64,000 bases of DNA from Psilocybe cubensis (Eukaryota), in the NCBI GenBank assembly GCA_017499595.2, contig CM039003.1, positions 124,001-188,000 on the forward strand, in the 5' to 3' direction. The stretch's first letter is position 1. Each line of letters starts with the position of its first letter. This document shows, piece after piece, positions 38,398 to 53,030 of the stretch. The notes beneath the pieces are model-generated. The model was not told the origin of the DNA, searched no databases, and saw only the letters and a program-made list of their open reading frames with translations. The translations under genes and the position numbers were made by a program.

Positions 38398-38691
38398 CAG
38401 CTGTACAGATTAAACACGCGATTTCAACTGTAGTATTTGTTCTGAAGATATCATGTCACTGAATTGAGCATCAAATGTATTTACCAATGATTTGACTGTT
38501 CACGATTGATGAAAATATTTCAATCCCCAGTTATTGGGGTGCAGTTATCAAAATAATAGGGAAACCACCAAGGGACGTCCGAGTTCGTACAGATTCGCCA
38601 CAACACAGTAGAATCGCCGCAGGACACCATTCCTATACAACGAGAACCAGGGTTCTCTTCAACGTCTTACGCACCAGATTTTCCCGGACTA

Positions 38692-40842
38692 TTACTCCAG
38701 TACAATCCCACCGCAATTAACATATTCATTGTTTGGGCCATGACTCCCCATCTCCCAGAGCTGAATTTCATGAACGCGGTACGCTCCCAGGTTGGTAAGA
38801 AGAGGTGGAGGGACCTGCAATGGTTGTGGACGGATGCGCGTCGGCTGTTTATCTTCGCCCTCGAATACTTCTTTCGTGGTGTTGGGATTTGGATGTGGAG
38901 GAGGGGAGGGGGTGTTTGTCGATGTGAATGGCAGCGCAGGATCCGATGAAACAAGGTTCGTGATTGGGAAATCTTGTTCCTCATTAGATTTCACGTCTAA
39001 ATATTCTGAGTCCACCGTCTCGAGAGGAGGGTTAATAGATACAGTGCCCTGATTGGATATATCGGCAGGGACAAGCGGTATCGATGAAGAACTAGGAGTA
39101 CTGCTGATCAAGGAAATTGCAGGAGAGCGAAGAATATCCGAGTAACAAAAAGGTAGGCGTTTCGGGGGCTTGTGGTGGCTTGCATTTAATATTGTACAGT
39201 GTAGCTTTGTGCGCAAATAGCAATATAATGTAGAAGATACAGATTGATTGATGGTCAGTAAATGTCTTGTCGAGGAAGAACATGTATACATACTTTTAAC
39301 GGGCGTCTGTCCGTAATGTACCCCGCCTTTCTGAACGCAGAATCGACCAGCACTACAAGCGGACGAGTAAGCCACAGTAACATAATGGCATGGCAATCCA
39401 GTCAAAATAAAATAGGTGATGATTTACAAACCAAGTTATCAGTACTCGTTGACTCATTATTGAAAGTAAACTAGAACTGGCGTCACTCACCACAGACCTC
39501 CATCAGTTTTGTCCGTTCTTCCCGATCTTCGTTCTCTTGTGTGTACGCCTCATTCCGAGGACCAATGAACAGCACGCCAGCTCCCACCCTGGAGTCATCA
39601 TCCAGCGTCAACTCGGTATTCGCTTTAACCGATGCAGGCATCCGCGACGTCTTTAGAACATCTAACTCCTCCAATGGTACTAATACGCCTTTAGATCCAT
39701 TTAATATTTCCGATATACGAGGTTTGAGCGAAGCGAGCAACGAGAGTGCGCTGGAAACTGTCTTGGGCTCAGTTGTGGGTGGGGGAGAGGTCGAGTGAAT
39801 ATTAGACACATCGGGCGGTGAGGAAAAGGTTTCTTCACTGGGTCCTGCAATGGGCTGGGCAGCATCTACACTTGGGATGGAAGGTGCAGAAGTGGATGCG
39901 AGGGATGGGTTTGCTTCAACGGTCTTGGATGTTTCGCCAGTCTCCTCAGGAGCAAGGTCGTCGCTCTTTTCAGTACTCAGCGCCATCACACCAAGCGTCA
40001 TGTGCATCCGACGTGGATCGATGACGATGCTCGTATCAAGTCCTGCAACGGTGGGCGACGTCACGACTGGCTTTCGGGCCCTTCCTTTACCTTTTTGGTG
40101 AGATGACGGAGTAGTCGTGTTTGGAATCGCGGCTTTGGAATCACTCATGCCTCCTGAGCGTGGTTTAGAGGCATCCACAGCCGCAGTTGAGCCCTGGTCG
40201 CCATTGACCGATGGAGATTCGAACAATGAGGCCTGGAATTCTGCTACCTTCTCTCGGAGAGTAGAATGGTTGTGCTAATCCCATCTTGAATGAAAATCAC
40301 GCAAATAAGGGCGAAAATTTAGCTCACAAGGGGTAATGCGAGAACTAAATTTACAAAGGTATATTTTTATGAGAAAAAGGGGGATTAAAAGCGATTTTAG
40401 GAAAGGGCTTACAATGTGTTGGACGAGCCTGTTGTGCATTTTTTGTCGCACCAGCGTTAACAGTATGACTCGGTTCCTCGGTGATGTTGTTCCTGTTCCT
40501 CCCCCAGCCCCCTCCCCTGACTCGCCCTTTACCTCTACCAGTTCCATGTGCACCTCTGTCTGTTTGAGTTATTCCGCGTTGCTGTTCTGATGCAGATATG
40601 GAAGAGTTTGATATCGTTATAGCAGAGTTTGGGCCCTCGGGTGCGTCCTGTGGGGATGCCGTCGGCCCCTCAGAGTTTCGTGATCTCGCTCCCGCGGTAG
40701 AGAATGCTCCACGTCCCCGTCCACGTCCACGATTAATAGATCCACCGCTAGAGGGATTGCTTTCTCTAGAAATTGTTCCGGAACTTGTGTTGCCCGTGGA
40801 ATTCCCCATCTGTGGAATATCTGGAGGGCCGGTTCTGCTCAT
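38692..40842 (-). CDS. AKAP7/ASCC1-like 2H phosphoesterase with RG-rich N-terminus
   Basis: RPTH, two HxT motifs (RMHMTLGV, KLHCTILN), IQLWEMGS...Y; RGRGRGRG and GRGKGRVRGGGWGR low-complexity N-terminus. Confidence 0.75.
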
Positions 40843-43264
40843 CCTGTGCAGGTAAAGAGAAGAGATTTCGAACGTGAGTATCGAAAATTAGCAAAATATA
40901 GAAGCGTAAAAGGAGAATAAAAAGATTCCAACAAATACACGCACAAGGAGTCCACCGATGTAACGTTTGCTCTTTCATGTACACTTGAATATTACCTGGT
41001 TCATTGGTGACACAATAGCTTCATCGTAGCTTTATGTCATGAACCGGGGCAGTGCCCAGTGGGTGAAAACAGAATGTTGAGTGAGTACAACAGACCTTTG
41101 AATATGAATGAACCGCGCCAATAACGCGATGTGCTTTATTTGAGACAGCTTTGGTGAATGTTGGCGGAAGCCAGCCTTGAACAGAATAACGAAACGAGCG
41201 AACGGATTGTGCCGAAATGTCCCATCACGTTCATTATCCAGTCACGTGAAATCTCCGCGCGCGTCAGGTACACGTACTATCAGCCTGGGATAGATCCTTT
41301 TGTTGTGAGTTCGGAATTGCCAGTTACGAATCCTCTCTAAGAGGGCTTGTTTCTCATAGAGAGCAACTATCCTGCAAGGTTTTTATTCACCGGCTCAAAT
41401 CGGCTTTGTTTCGATTGAGTCAATTTTGCTGCAGATGCCGTACTGGAAACCAAGTTTTGAACATATAATGCTTTCTGATATACTGCAGACGTTTTATTTG
41501 TTTCGATTTTACAAGACATATGATAGTTCAAGTACGGGTGAACAATCTCTTTCTATCGGGCTGGCAGAGGTAACGCGACGCGTCGCATCACGGGACGTAG
41601 CACGTGATTAGTCTGACTTCAAATTTCTGGCATTGTCGGCCGCTGTGCGAACATTTGAACATGGTCTTCCGCACCAGCAAAATCCGTAAAACCAAAACTA
41701 TTTTATAGAAAGTATTTGGAAACATCTAGAGTACGAGCCGCCTTACCCGCTGCCATGAACCACTCTCCCAACCATTAGATGCCTAGTCTCGCGAGCCCCT
41801 GTCCACGTCACCACTCTTCTCCTCTGAAGCGAAGGCAAACTTACTGCTAGTTCGTGCCGCCCCTTTCCCCCCTTTGACGACCATCAGTGAAAAAATCCTG
41901 GTCCCTGTCTCCCCTGCCTTCTCGTCCATGACAGCAGTACGAAGTTGCTAGTCCCCGTCACCACCGTTTTGCTGGGTGGCCAGCGTAATGTTTCTGGTCT
42001 GCTTCATCACCTCGGCCCTGCTCCTCTTGACGATCAGCAGAATCACGTTGCTGGATCTCTTGCCCGCGAATGTATCTCTCTGGCTAATAAATCGCACCAA
42101 ACAACAACGTGTAAAAACGCGCTGCATAAATTGCTTCTTGTTTTGTTTGCCACCCCTCCATTGACTGCCGATACAACCTGCTGTTCGTATTGTTTGTCAT
42201 CCTTGCCCACACCCTAAACGAATAGCTAACGAACAGCGTTATAGTGTTTGTATTGCTCGCTGCCCTCGCTCTGCAGTGCGTCTTTCGAAGAGATGAGTCG
42301 TGAAGTACTTGGACCAATTATGACTGATACTGTACAATTGGGCAATCTTTGACCACCGACTCTAGAACACCTTGGGCTTTCCCGACGTTTACTCTTCTGA
42401 ATCTTTGAAGTTACCAGCCTACCTGACTTTCTGGTGTCTAATCCTGTATAAATCACGGCATTTTGCGGCAATATCTCAGGTCGGAACTCCGACGTTAGCC
42501 GACGCATTCACTCTTGAGCTTGAACCTCAACTGGTTGCCATTCATCGTTCTTCGCGTTCAGTGGGACTTTAAGAGGCGCCACTGCAATCAAGAGACGCCC
42601 CACATTTAATCACCTCACTACTACCAACTCATTCATACACGTCATGTGTTCAGGCACATTACGGCCATATTATAGCCTCCGCGTCGCGTCCCCGTTCAAT
42701 ATGTTTCACTCGATGAAACACGGGCTATGTGAAGTACGCTCACAGGCTTTCTTAAGTACCTGGTTGTGTTGCGTGCTGTGCTCAGGCGAACCCGGGATTT
42801 GCACGGCTCCGCGCACCATTACACCCGAGCCACTTACCATCCCGCCCCCTTCGGAAAGAGTCGGTCGGATAGTCATCTTACGAGTTGAGAAGTCGATATG
42901 TACGTACTATACCCCAAAAGAAAAGAGGCTATTCAAACCATTCATTCCGATTGTGGCCTTCGAGTGCTGTCATCGACTCTTTTTGCTGACAACAATCTCT
43001 TCGTTTGTGTAGATCTTTTCCATCTGCGTGCATGCCCGGGAGTTTATTGCGGGGAACCATCGCCGCCAGTCGGCTAGCGCGACAATCATCACCATCTGAA
43101 GACCCGAATTCCCAACCTTGCGGGACAGGATCTTGTCACCTCAAAATTATATAAACTAAAAGCCAGATTCTTCTTCACAGTACGCCCCTTTTACCTTTGT
43201 TCGCTTTCCCCCCTTCCTTCTCTCCCTTTCATCTTCCTTCACTAATACAACCCCTGAACCCAAG

Positions 43265-45718
43265 ATGCTGTTGTCATCTTTCGTCAGGTTTTCCGCGTTG
43301 CTGTGCTTAGCTCTGCTCGCAAGTGCCGACCTCCGATCAGACTTGTCCGGGAAGGGCTTCACTGTCTCGTTCCCAGGAGATTCCCAATACTCTTCTCTTA
43401 GTCAAGCATGTACGTTACTGACCTATCTGACGCTATATTGAAAGCTCATATTACGTGCACCAGACAATCAACGATATACCTTCCAACCAGCAGCTATCGC
43501 CCTACCGAATACCCCTCAAGATGTATCCGCCATAATTACAGCAAGTGCTGCAAACAACTACCAAGTTGTCGCTCGCAGTGGAGGAGTAAGTAGTCGTTCA
43601 TCCATTTACAGAATCCGGATTGAAGTAGCTTTCTTTTCTTTTCACAGCACAGTTACATCGCCAATGGACTTGGGGGCCGGGACAGCTCGGTAGTTGTTGA
43701 CCTTCGCAACTTTAAATCCATCTCCGTGGATCCTTCCACTGGAAACGCGGTCGTTGGATCTGGAAGCAGACTGGGGGACATTGCGTTAGCGCTGAACAAT
43801 GCTGGAAGGGCAATGTCCCATGGAACATGTCCTTATGTGGGAATTGGAGGACATTCAGGTGAGTTGCCACTGACTGATACCTATCCGGATACGCTTAACT
43901 TCGAATTCAGGATACGGGGGATGGGGATTTACTTCGCGTATGTGGGGACTAGTATTGGACAACATTCTCTCAATCAACGTCGTCACCGCTGATGGATCCA
44001 TTAAAACCGCATCAAGTACCTCGAATTCCGACCTATTCTGGGTTAGCATTTTTCCCGTTTTCCTGTTGTCATCTTCTCTGAACTAGACTCAGGCTCTTCG
44101 AGGCGCTGCGGGATCGTTTGGTATCACCACCTCAATAACATTCAAAACATACCCCGTGCCCTCCTCCGCAACAATTATTGGCTACAACTGGGACCTTACT
44201 GCGGCTGCTGCCGCGGATGCCCTAGGCCGTTTCCAGACATACGCTACATCGAACAACATTCCTGCGACCTTTGGACCCGAACTCACATTCTCCAAGGGCA
44301 GTGCACAGGGTCGAGTTACGTTCAGTCTCGGTGGTGGCTTCTACGGTCCCGCGAGTCAGCTCGACGCGATTTTATCACCGTTCCTCAGCCAGATGCCTGC
44401 GTCTCCTGGCGGCGGCCGTACGACGGGAAGCTACATCAATAGTGTCGCGTCGCTGACGGGTGGACTACCCCTGAACACGGCGAGTGGGCCCGACAGGAGG
44501 GACACATTCTACGCGAAGAGCTTGATGACACCCCAGTCGGCGCCAATTGCGGACGCAGCGCGCAAGGCATTCTTCAACTACCTGGCGAATGATGGATTCA
44601 ACGCAAACACTGTGAGTTTTCTTTTTGTCGTTGTTGTAGATATTGAGATTGATTTGAGCAGGCGTGGTTTGTGCAAGCTGAGCTGTATGGAGGTTCCAAC
44701 TCTGCTATCAACTCGGTAGGCGCGGACGCCACTTCGTACGCGCACCGCTCCTCGCTCCTCACATGGCAATTCTACGCGAACTCGTTCAGCGGCAATCTGC
44801 CCTACCCTTCGCAGGGCCTTGGGTTCGTTGATGGAATGGTCAACGCGTTGGTGGCAAACAGTCCGTCAAACTGGGATATCGGGTGAGTATCACAGGTCGC
44901 TCGTTGTCAGGAGAAATTTTCGCTGAGATAAGCTCAGAGCGTACACGAACTACATCGACGACCGTCTGCAGAACTGTAGGCATATTTCATTGGTGTTTAC
45001 TCTCCCACCACTAATGATGCTATCACATACACAGGGCAACAGATGTACTTTGGCGCTCACTACTCCCGTCTGCATGACCTCAAGAACCAGTTTGATCCCA
45101 ACGGAGTGTTCACATTCCCCACAGGCATTCAAGGCGACGTTGTCCCGAACCCACCGACCAACACCAACGGCGTCGCAATCCATCCCAATGGAAACACCGC
45201 CAAATGCCTCGATGTCCGTGCGGCAGAATATGCCAACGGAACTCCAGTGCAAATGTACGCTATTTGAGCTGTGATTAGTGTCCTTGAAACTGATTACCGG
45301 TGATTAGATATGACTGCAACGGCACAGGTGCACAGAAGTGGGTGATCAACCGCGGGACAACGGCTGTACGTGTGGCTGGGACCAACTTCTGCTTGGATGC
45401 CGGTTCAGGTAAGCTAGTCTGCGTAGAATACATCGAGCGAATATCTAACACACGGAACAGCGCCCGCGAACGGCATTGGGATGAAAATTTGGACTTGCTA
45501 TGATAACCTCGCAGCACAGACGTGGAACTACAACTCGAACAACATGCTAGCGCTCTCTGTTCAAGGTAAGCGCTCACTACTGTCAATAGCAACCTGAATA
45601 GGGCTGATGATTATCAGGACAATGCTTGGACCTAACAAACGGTGTGCTTACGAACAGCAATCAAGTACAGACTTGGCAGTGCGCGGTTGGGAATGGGAAC
45701 CAGGTGTGGACTATCTAA
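43265..45718 (+). CDS. AA7/BBE-like FAD oligosaccharide oxidase fused to C-terminal ricin-B (CBM13-like) domain
   Basis: Signal peptide; RSGGHSY and HGTCPYVGIGGH (His/Cys FAD attachment sites), DLFWALRG, AYTNYID, LKNQFDP; then KCLDV..QKW, FCLDAG..QTW, QCLDLT..NQVW repeats. Confidence 0.88.
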
Positions 45719-47072
45719 ATCACTGGCGGAGAGGGAATGGTATGAATGGACTTCTATTCTCTTGGGACTCTGTATGGACATGTGCACGGACACTGATTAA
45801 TATGCCTTTGTCGTTAGTTCTTGTTGGGACTTCTTTTGGTCTGAGGTGTTGTTGTAATTTTACTTGTAATAATGAAGTAATACAGAAGTAATGAAATTAT
45901 GGCGAAGATAGCATTCAAGTCAATGTTTTTTCCGCAGTTGATCCATGGACAAACCCATCAATACTATACACTTTCGCGGGAGCTTAAGATTGTCATGATC
46001 AGTGATACTCAGCAAGATCTAAATACGCCCTACGGTGCCCCACTCAACTTGCAGGGCTGGCTTTCCTCTCAGAATCAAATCTCTAAGTTTCAACATTGAG
46101 CGTTTGAGCTTATGTACAACTCCAGAAAGCTTTAGCTACTGACCAGTATGTTTCTTTTCTAGAGGCAAATCTTTAAACGGCGCATATTTCAATCGCTCCT
46201 CAATCTAATATAGTGCCAGGATATTTGGGAAAACTGGTGTCAGTGCCTAAATCCGATCATTCCATTGACATTGCTGCGCCATCTCTACAGCCCCTCATTG
46301 GCGCCTATATATACAGCTCCTCCGACATAGAAGGAAAATCTGGATTACTACCATACTGCTTTGAATGATGCACTCCTCTATTTGCACGCTAGTGACATTT
46401 CTTGGAATCGTGTTTGGCATTGCATCCAACGCTCCACCTGTTGTGATTAATGACATCGCTGTTGGTGGAGTGTTACAGCTCGGCTGGATCCGTGGTGTGT
46501 AGCATGAATGCCAAATCTGTGGGCTTACTGAAGTTTTGCAGTCTTGAAATATCTTCGACATATGCACTCTCACGCTTTGTACGACTTCAGGTTTGCTCGA
46601 CCAGGCAGTCGTGCATACACATGTAGAGAGCTGACAATCAACTAGTTTTAATGTATATTGTAAATTGTAAATGGGTGGTCAACTTGGCAGTAGTTCTTTA
46701 TGTGTGATTAGCTAGGATGTAGTCCTAGTCGTTTTAAAATTGTAACAGGATAATTCTGAGCAAACCAATTCTCGCACAGTCTGTCAAACATAATTTTCGT
46801 TCTTGCATCTTCTAGCTATCTTTAAACAGAAACCTCATGTAGAGCTCTTAAGATTTTGATTAATGGGTAGGCGATATCTCACTGCGCTCTGGTTGGCAGT
46901 CGTGTTGAAACTTGATCAAACGACCAAAACTACGACATCTATCTCACGACGTCGATCAGGACCCAAATTAGCCCAACGATATAAGTCCTCGTCATCTTAG
47001 CATCTAAGAGCTGTCCTTAACCCCATCCTATCCTCGAGACACCGCCGGTAAAGTACAGCTGGGCACCCTCCA

Positions 47073-48271
47073 ATGCTCACGATAACAAGCACGGACAGGA
47101 TTTTGGCCTTGTGCATCGCTGCCATAGCCACAGGGGTGTACCTATGCTCCCTTGCAAGCTGCATACGGTGGTTGGTCTACGTCGATGAAGGATGGAGGAT
47201 CAGAAAAAGCGTCAACAAAGTACTGCTTTTGGCAACATTCGCGATCTTCTTTTTTTCCTCTCTTCACACAACCTTGGCCGTGTCAACAACCTTTTTCAAT
47301 ATCCGTGACCTGGAGAGAGGAACTTTGGTGAAAAGCGACACCATTCCTTGGACAGATGTTGTTATGGTATTTATTAAACCAATCAAATAGTTTGTCTATA
47401 TACTCAGTTAAATTTTTTGAAGTGCACCGCTACCAATATGGCTGTACTAACTGTGGACGGTTTCCTGGTAGGAAAAATATATTCTTACCAGTTGTGGTCA
47501 TTGATCTACAACGTGCCACTAGATCTACCGATGCTGGCTCGTCTGTTCAAGGACTTACAAAATGATCATTTCCCCCGTCATATTCTGGGTAGGAGGAGCG
47601 GCATGTACAGTACTCCAGATATATTGGCAAATAGTACAAAGTGCGAAAATCAGCACAGTTTGGACTCCTGTCAACATGACAACAGGGCCGGGGACCATTC
47701 TCACGCCTTTCTGGGGCTGCTCTATCGCGGTTAATTTGTATTCGACCGGTGAGCAAATCCATGTTCTTTCTTTAAGGGAGTACAAGTCGTTAATACTCAT
47801 GAAGGGGTCATACTGCACCGTATCTGGCTTCATGTTCAAGAACAAACACGATTCTCAAGCTCGCTTTCTGCTTCAGTTCGCGAACTCCGTTTTGTGATGC
47901 GCGTTTTGATCGAATCCGGTGCTTTATACCTTGTTATCACAATTCCCCATTTCATTGTTTGGTGGACGCCTAGCTCCACCGCCATCCTGATATTTGCATG
48001 GACTGTGAGTGGAATGACTGATTGAAAAATTATGGATTTTGAGCTAACCTTTTGGTAGAACCTCCCAGCGGTCGGTTGTGCGTTTAATTTCATTGTTATC
48101 CGTACCTCCCAGAGACGTGTGGAGCATGTCAAAGATCTTGAAAAGGATGCAGGGTTTATCTCAACCGTCATGCAGTTTCGGCCCCCCATCATCGCCAACA
48201 CAACGACCACGCACACTACTGATCATTTCTCTAGTGGTCGAACCTCCTCAACTTACGAGATTGGGCAATGA
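47073..48271 (+). CDS. 7TM-like membrane protein
   Basis: VDGFLIYRCWLV, LIESGALY, GCAFNFIVIR motifs shared in style with the 24.5 and 27 kb genes; multiple TM helices. Confidence 0.75.
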
Positions 48272-48821
48272 TACAAATAAACAAATCAAGATAATGGGAA
48301 ATGTGTACTGTAGTCAATCATGGTAATATGTAGGGATATATCGTACCAGGATATGGTTCAGGTTAAAAAAAATGCCATATTATATACGGCTATATAAACC
48401 CAGAATCCTCTCTTCAATCGTATAAGCAATGTATTCAACCACACTGCAAGCGAACAACTGATCGGCATGAGTCGGCTGGTTACAATTTAGGGTCAGCTAC
48501 TCTCTGATTGGCTCTCTTTGATCGGAGATGTTTTTGCAAATTGTATCCAGCGACTGTTTTTAAAATGGATTCATTACTTTCCTTCCTCACCCTTTTTTCA
48601 AACGGGCCGTCGGGTATGGCTAAAGAAGAATGACACGACGTTCGAAGCGATAGACTTCTTTACACCTTCAAGTATTGTTTCGCCACGAACTCCACTGACG
48701 AAGCATTGATCATATGGGCCTTTACGAGAAGCACGAGCATATGGCGCAGAGCTCGGAGCAAGGGTCCGCTCGGAGAGGTACAAAGGCAGCACACTCGACC
48801 TAAGCTGTAGTTGACCTCCTA

Positions 48822-51018
48822 ATGACTCGCTTTCTCTCATATCTCGTGGCCAGCTTGACAGCTGGTAGTGCCGTTGCAGTCATACTCGGGGAGGTCGATA
48901 GTCTACGAGAGACGTATGACTTCGTCATTGTGGGCGGTAAGTCGCCATTTAGTCCTCCTCTAAGCAAACGCTGAGTGCAATAACATGTTAGGCGGCACAG
49001 CCGGATTGGTTGTGGCCAATCGATTGACAGAGATCTCCAAATTTAATGTCCTTGTGCTTGAAGCTGGACCGACGTAATAAGACATTTGTTCTCTCTTGTC
49101 GTTCCATCTGACCTTGTTCATAACAGTGACGCTGGTGTATTGGAGATTGAAGTACCGTTTTTATGCACGCATACCACTCCACAGACACCTTGGGATTGGA
49201 ACTACACCACTATTCCACAGGCAGCACTGAATGGTGCGTCGTTGACATACCCACGTGGGCACGTTCTAGGGGGGACGAGCTCAGTCAGTGAGTAATAATG
49301 CAGCTATATCAAATGAATTCAAACGTGATGTCAATATGCGTGTAGACTGTTTGGTATACACCCGAGGTTCGCAGGCGGATTTTGACCGCTATGCACAAGT
49401 GACAGGCGATTCTGGCTGGTCATGGAAGAGCATGTTGCCCTATTTTAAGAAGAGCGAGAAGTTCACTCGACCGTCCGATAACCACAACACGACAGGGCAA
49501 TTTGACCCCGCCGTGCATGGATTCTCTGGTTTTAATTCTGTCAGCTTACCCGGAGCATCAACTGCTATTGATAATCGCTTTAACGAGGCGGTTGGCCAGC
49601 TTGGAGGAGAATTTTTCGAGCAATTGGATTACAATTCAGGGACACCGCTTGGATTCGGTAAGTCAGATATGAATTGAAGCAGATGAAAACGAGCTAATTC
49701 TAAACATAGGTTGGTCTCAGGCTGTAATTGACGGTCCATCAGGCACTCGAAGCAGTTCATCTTCTGGATATCTACAGAAGAAAATTTTGGAAAGACCCAA
49801 TCTTCACGTTTTGGTAAATGCTCAGGTTTCCCGCATATTGCACAATAGCAAGGCGGAAGCTGCAAACCCACTCTTTAGCAGCGTTGAATACCGCATCAAC
49901 GGCAAAGGTATGCATTCCTTCAATCTCTTGCAATACGATATTCAATGTAGTTAACTTAGGATCCCTGAGGACGGTGACTGCGACGAAAGAAATTATACTA
50001 TCTGCAGGATCCATTAACACGCCGCAAATACTGCTAAACTCTGGCGTAGGAGGAAAAACTGCTCTTGAAAAACTAGATATCGTATCGCAGGTCGATATTG
50101 AGGACGTTGGCCAAAACCTCTCTGACCACCCCATCATTACATTTGCATGGCTCGTAAACGCCAGCACTACATACGACGACTTCAATCGAAATATTACCCT
50201 ACAGAACGAAGAAATTCAAATCTGGAACAAGACCCGCCAGGGTGTCTTTGTTAACGGCATCGCACAACATATTGGCTTCGTTCGCGTGCCTGATAATAGC
50301 TCAATCTTTCAATCCGCGCCGAATCCTTCATCTGGACCAAATTCACCACATTTTGAGATATTCGTTTCCGTGAGTATATGTAACCTGACGCAAGCCGAAA
50401 CTTTTTCACGGCTTTTATTTGTCAGAACTTCCTTCTGGGAAATACACCGCCGACTGGGCAATTCCTTAGTATTTCTGCAATTATGCTCACTCCAGGCGTA
50501 GCAGCACGCGGATCAGTGACGATAACCTCAAATGACCCCTTCTCTACTCCCGTAATCGACGCTGGCCTCATGCGAGACAACGGAACTGACCTCCCCCTTA
50601 TGCGAGAAGCAGTCCGCAGTATCCTCCGGCTCGCATCGGCGCCTACTTGGGCCAACTACATCATTGGCCCTGCGTCTTCTACTCAGCCTAACCTCAACTC
50701 ATCGGATAATGAAATTGACGCATTTATTAAAGGGAACGCTAGGTCCGCATACCATGTGGTAGGTACAAGCTCTATGTCAAAGAAAGGCGCAAAGACGGGC
50801 GTTGTGGACCCTAACCTTCTACTCAAACACGCCGCGGGTGTTCGGATTGTGGATGCTTCTGTTTTGGTAACAAAATCCATCTTAGCAACAGCTGCATTAA
50901 CATTGACTATTCATGCTTTTAGCCATTTGTGCCTGCGGGGCACACCCAAGCCTCGACGTACGCACTCGCAGAACGTGCTGCTGATCTGATTAAGGCAGAT
51001 TTTGCAATGTCCTCATAA
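48822..51018 (+). CDS. GMC oxidoreductase AA3_2 (aryl-alcohol oxidase / pyranose dehydrogenase-like)
   Basis: Signal peptide, YDFVIVGGGTAG, PRGHVLGGTSS, EIILSAGSINTPQILLNSG, VGQNLSDH, AYHVVGT, VDASV, GHTQA (His/His catalytic pair). Confidence 0.9.
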
Positions 51019-51451
51019 AAAAATACAATGCATTTCCTCTACCTCAGCCAACTGTCTCCGGTAAAGACATTTATCCTTGGTCTCCCACTGTCTGTTGCAT
51101 TTGAAATAGGGATGGGAACCATTCACGACAACATAAATCATCCTGGAGGATATATTTGTCTGATATAAGCATCGTGTTCAATTACCCACACATGTGGCTA
51201 TTTGGTATATCTTTTGCTTCTCTTTTCCCAATTTTTGTGATTCGTGGAACGCATGTTTAGGTGTGTAACGCGTAAAGTGCTACTCTATTCTCATTGACCC
51301 TGAGCAAAGAAGTGTCCAGTCCTCGATATATCAGGTTATATTGAACAACTGACAGACTATTTCTAACGCTATAAGTGTCTGCCGTTCCTCAATAAAGTTG
51401 TCATAAAGGGTGTGAATCCTCCAAGTATACTATTATCTTCTCCCCAATCCT

Positions 51452-53030
51452 ATGCGTACAATGTACTATCATTTTCGCAGTGCAGTGATATGGGTTCTCA
51501 TCGACAACTTATGCTTTTTTCTACGAGGTGTTTCAGGTTTGGTAACAGTTACAGACTCGTCCACATTGTCCATCGTATGTCAATGCTTCATCGCAGCTAG
51601 CACGTTTTAATTCTTCATCTCAAACCATCACAGGAGATCCCTCCACTTTCTTTTGCCGTCCTTGGACAAAATGCGTCTTTCCGACACAACAGCACTAGGG
51701 ACCTGTTTAATCCTACTAATTCAACTCCACCATTCTTCCAGATATTTCATCCCGATTTCCGAAATGTTCTCGGGCCCAATGCTTCTATCAGACGGATAGC
51801 AATGAATACCACCTTTGCATTTGGAAGTTTTGCATTCGAAGCTCCGATTTTCAATCCTCCGACCAACGAGTTGTTCTTTTCCAGCGTCGTTCTTCCTCCT
51901 GAGAGTAGTATGACCCACAACAATCACATTAGTAAAATAGACATGGCACTCGTTGAAAAGGAACTATCAAGCACCGAGAAAGATATCAATGTCCCGTTCA
52001 CAGTGGTGAGTCTGTCATATTAATTTGTTTTACTAAAATTTATTGATCCTTTCTGATTATCCTTCCTGCACCAGCTTTCTCTACCAGAAACTGTTCAGAT
52101 TACAAACGGGGCGACAGGCCCTTTCCGAGGCTCGTTGCTTCTGACAACCCGAGGCCGAGCTGAGCTGCCATCTGCTCTGGTATTACTGAATCCAAAACCA
52201 CCCAATAATGCCACGGTCCTTCTAGACAATTTCTTTGGACGTCAGTTTAACTCCATGAATGACCTCAAGATACACCCGAGTGGGAATATATTTTTCACTG
52301 ATGATAGGTAGGAGTTCCATCTGGTGATCAATATCTCCCAGTCAGACAACTTAGGGTATACCTCCAGCCTTGCCTTTACAGACAACGAAAGGCCGCCTCC
52401 TTTGCTCCCAAGCCAGACCTATATGTTTGATCCAAGAACAGGTCTAGTTAAAATGGTAGCCGATGGGGTAGTCGTCCCTAACGGAATCGCGTTCAGCCCG
52501 GACGGCACAATAGCTTATATGTAAGTGCTGCCCATTCATTACATTCCTCCATGGTGAACCAGGCTTTTAAATCAATCAGAGCCGATTCTGCTTCTGTGGC
52601 AACTGATCAAACTCGACCAGCTACAATGTATGGTTTTACCCCCTAACAGACATATACCATCCATTACATCGTTTGTCCTAGCTATGCTTTTGACGTTGAT
52701 CCAGAGTCGTTTACATTCAAGAATCGCCGGGTCCTATGTTACATTGATTCTGGAATACCAGATGGAGTTCAAGTAGATACTGAAGGAAATGTGTACGTTG
52801 CTAGCGGCGATGGTGTTCAAGTAAGTATTGAAAAGTCAACTGTACAAACGAAATTGCTGAAAGAATCCATCCAGGTGTTCAGAAAAGATGGTGTTATTCT
52901 TGGAAAGCTGTTTTTTGGAGCAAGGGTGGCCAACATGGCATTCGCAGGAGATGGAAACTTGGTGGTACTCGTCAGTAGTGCAATTTTTCTCGCCAAAATT
53001 AACGCCAAAAGTGCCCTGGTCTCTATATAA
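51452..53030 (+). CDS. SMP-30/gluconolactonase family protein 1
   Basis: FAFEAP, GRQFNSMNDL, FFTD, PNGIAFSPDG, GIPDGVQVDTEGNVY, ANMAFAG; hydrophobic N-terminus; start codon approximate. Confidence 0.85.

Noticed and set aside
41575-42220. Palindrome gcgacgcgtcgc followed by an ATG, an intron-like segment and a hydrophobic ORF
   Set aside because: Spliced frames hit early stops, so I could not build a credible gene; the palindrome alone is too short to call.
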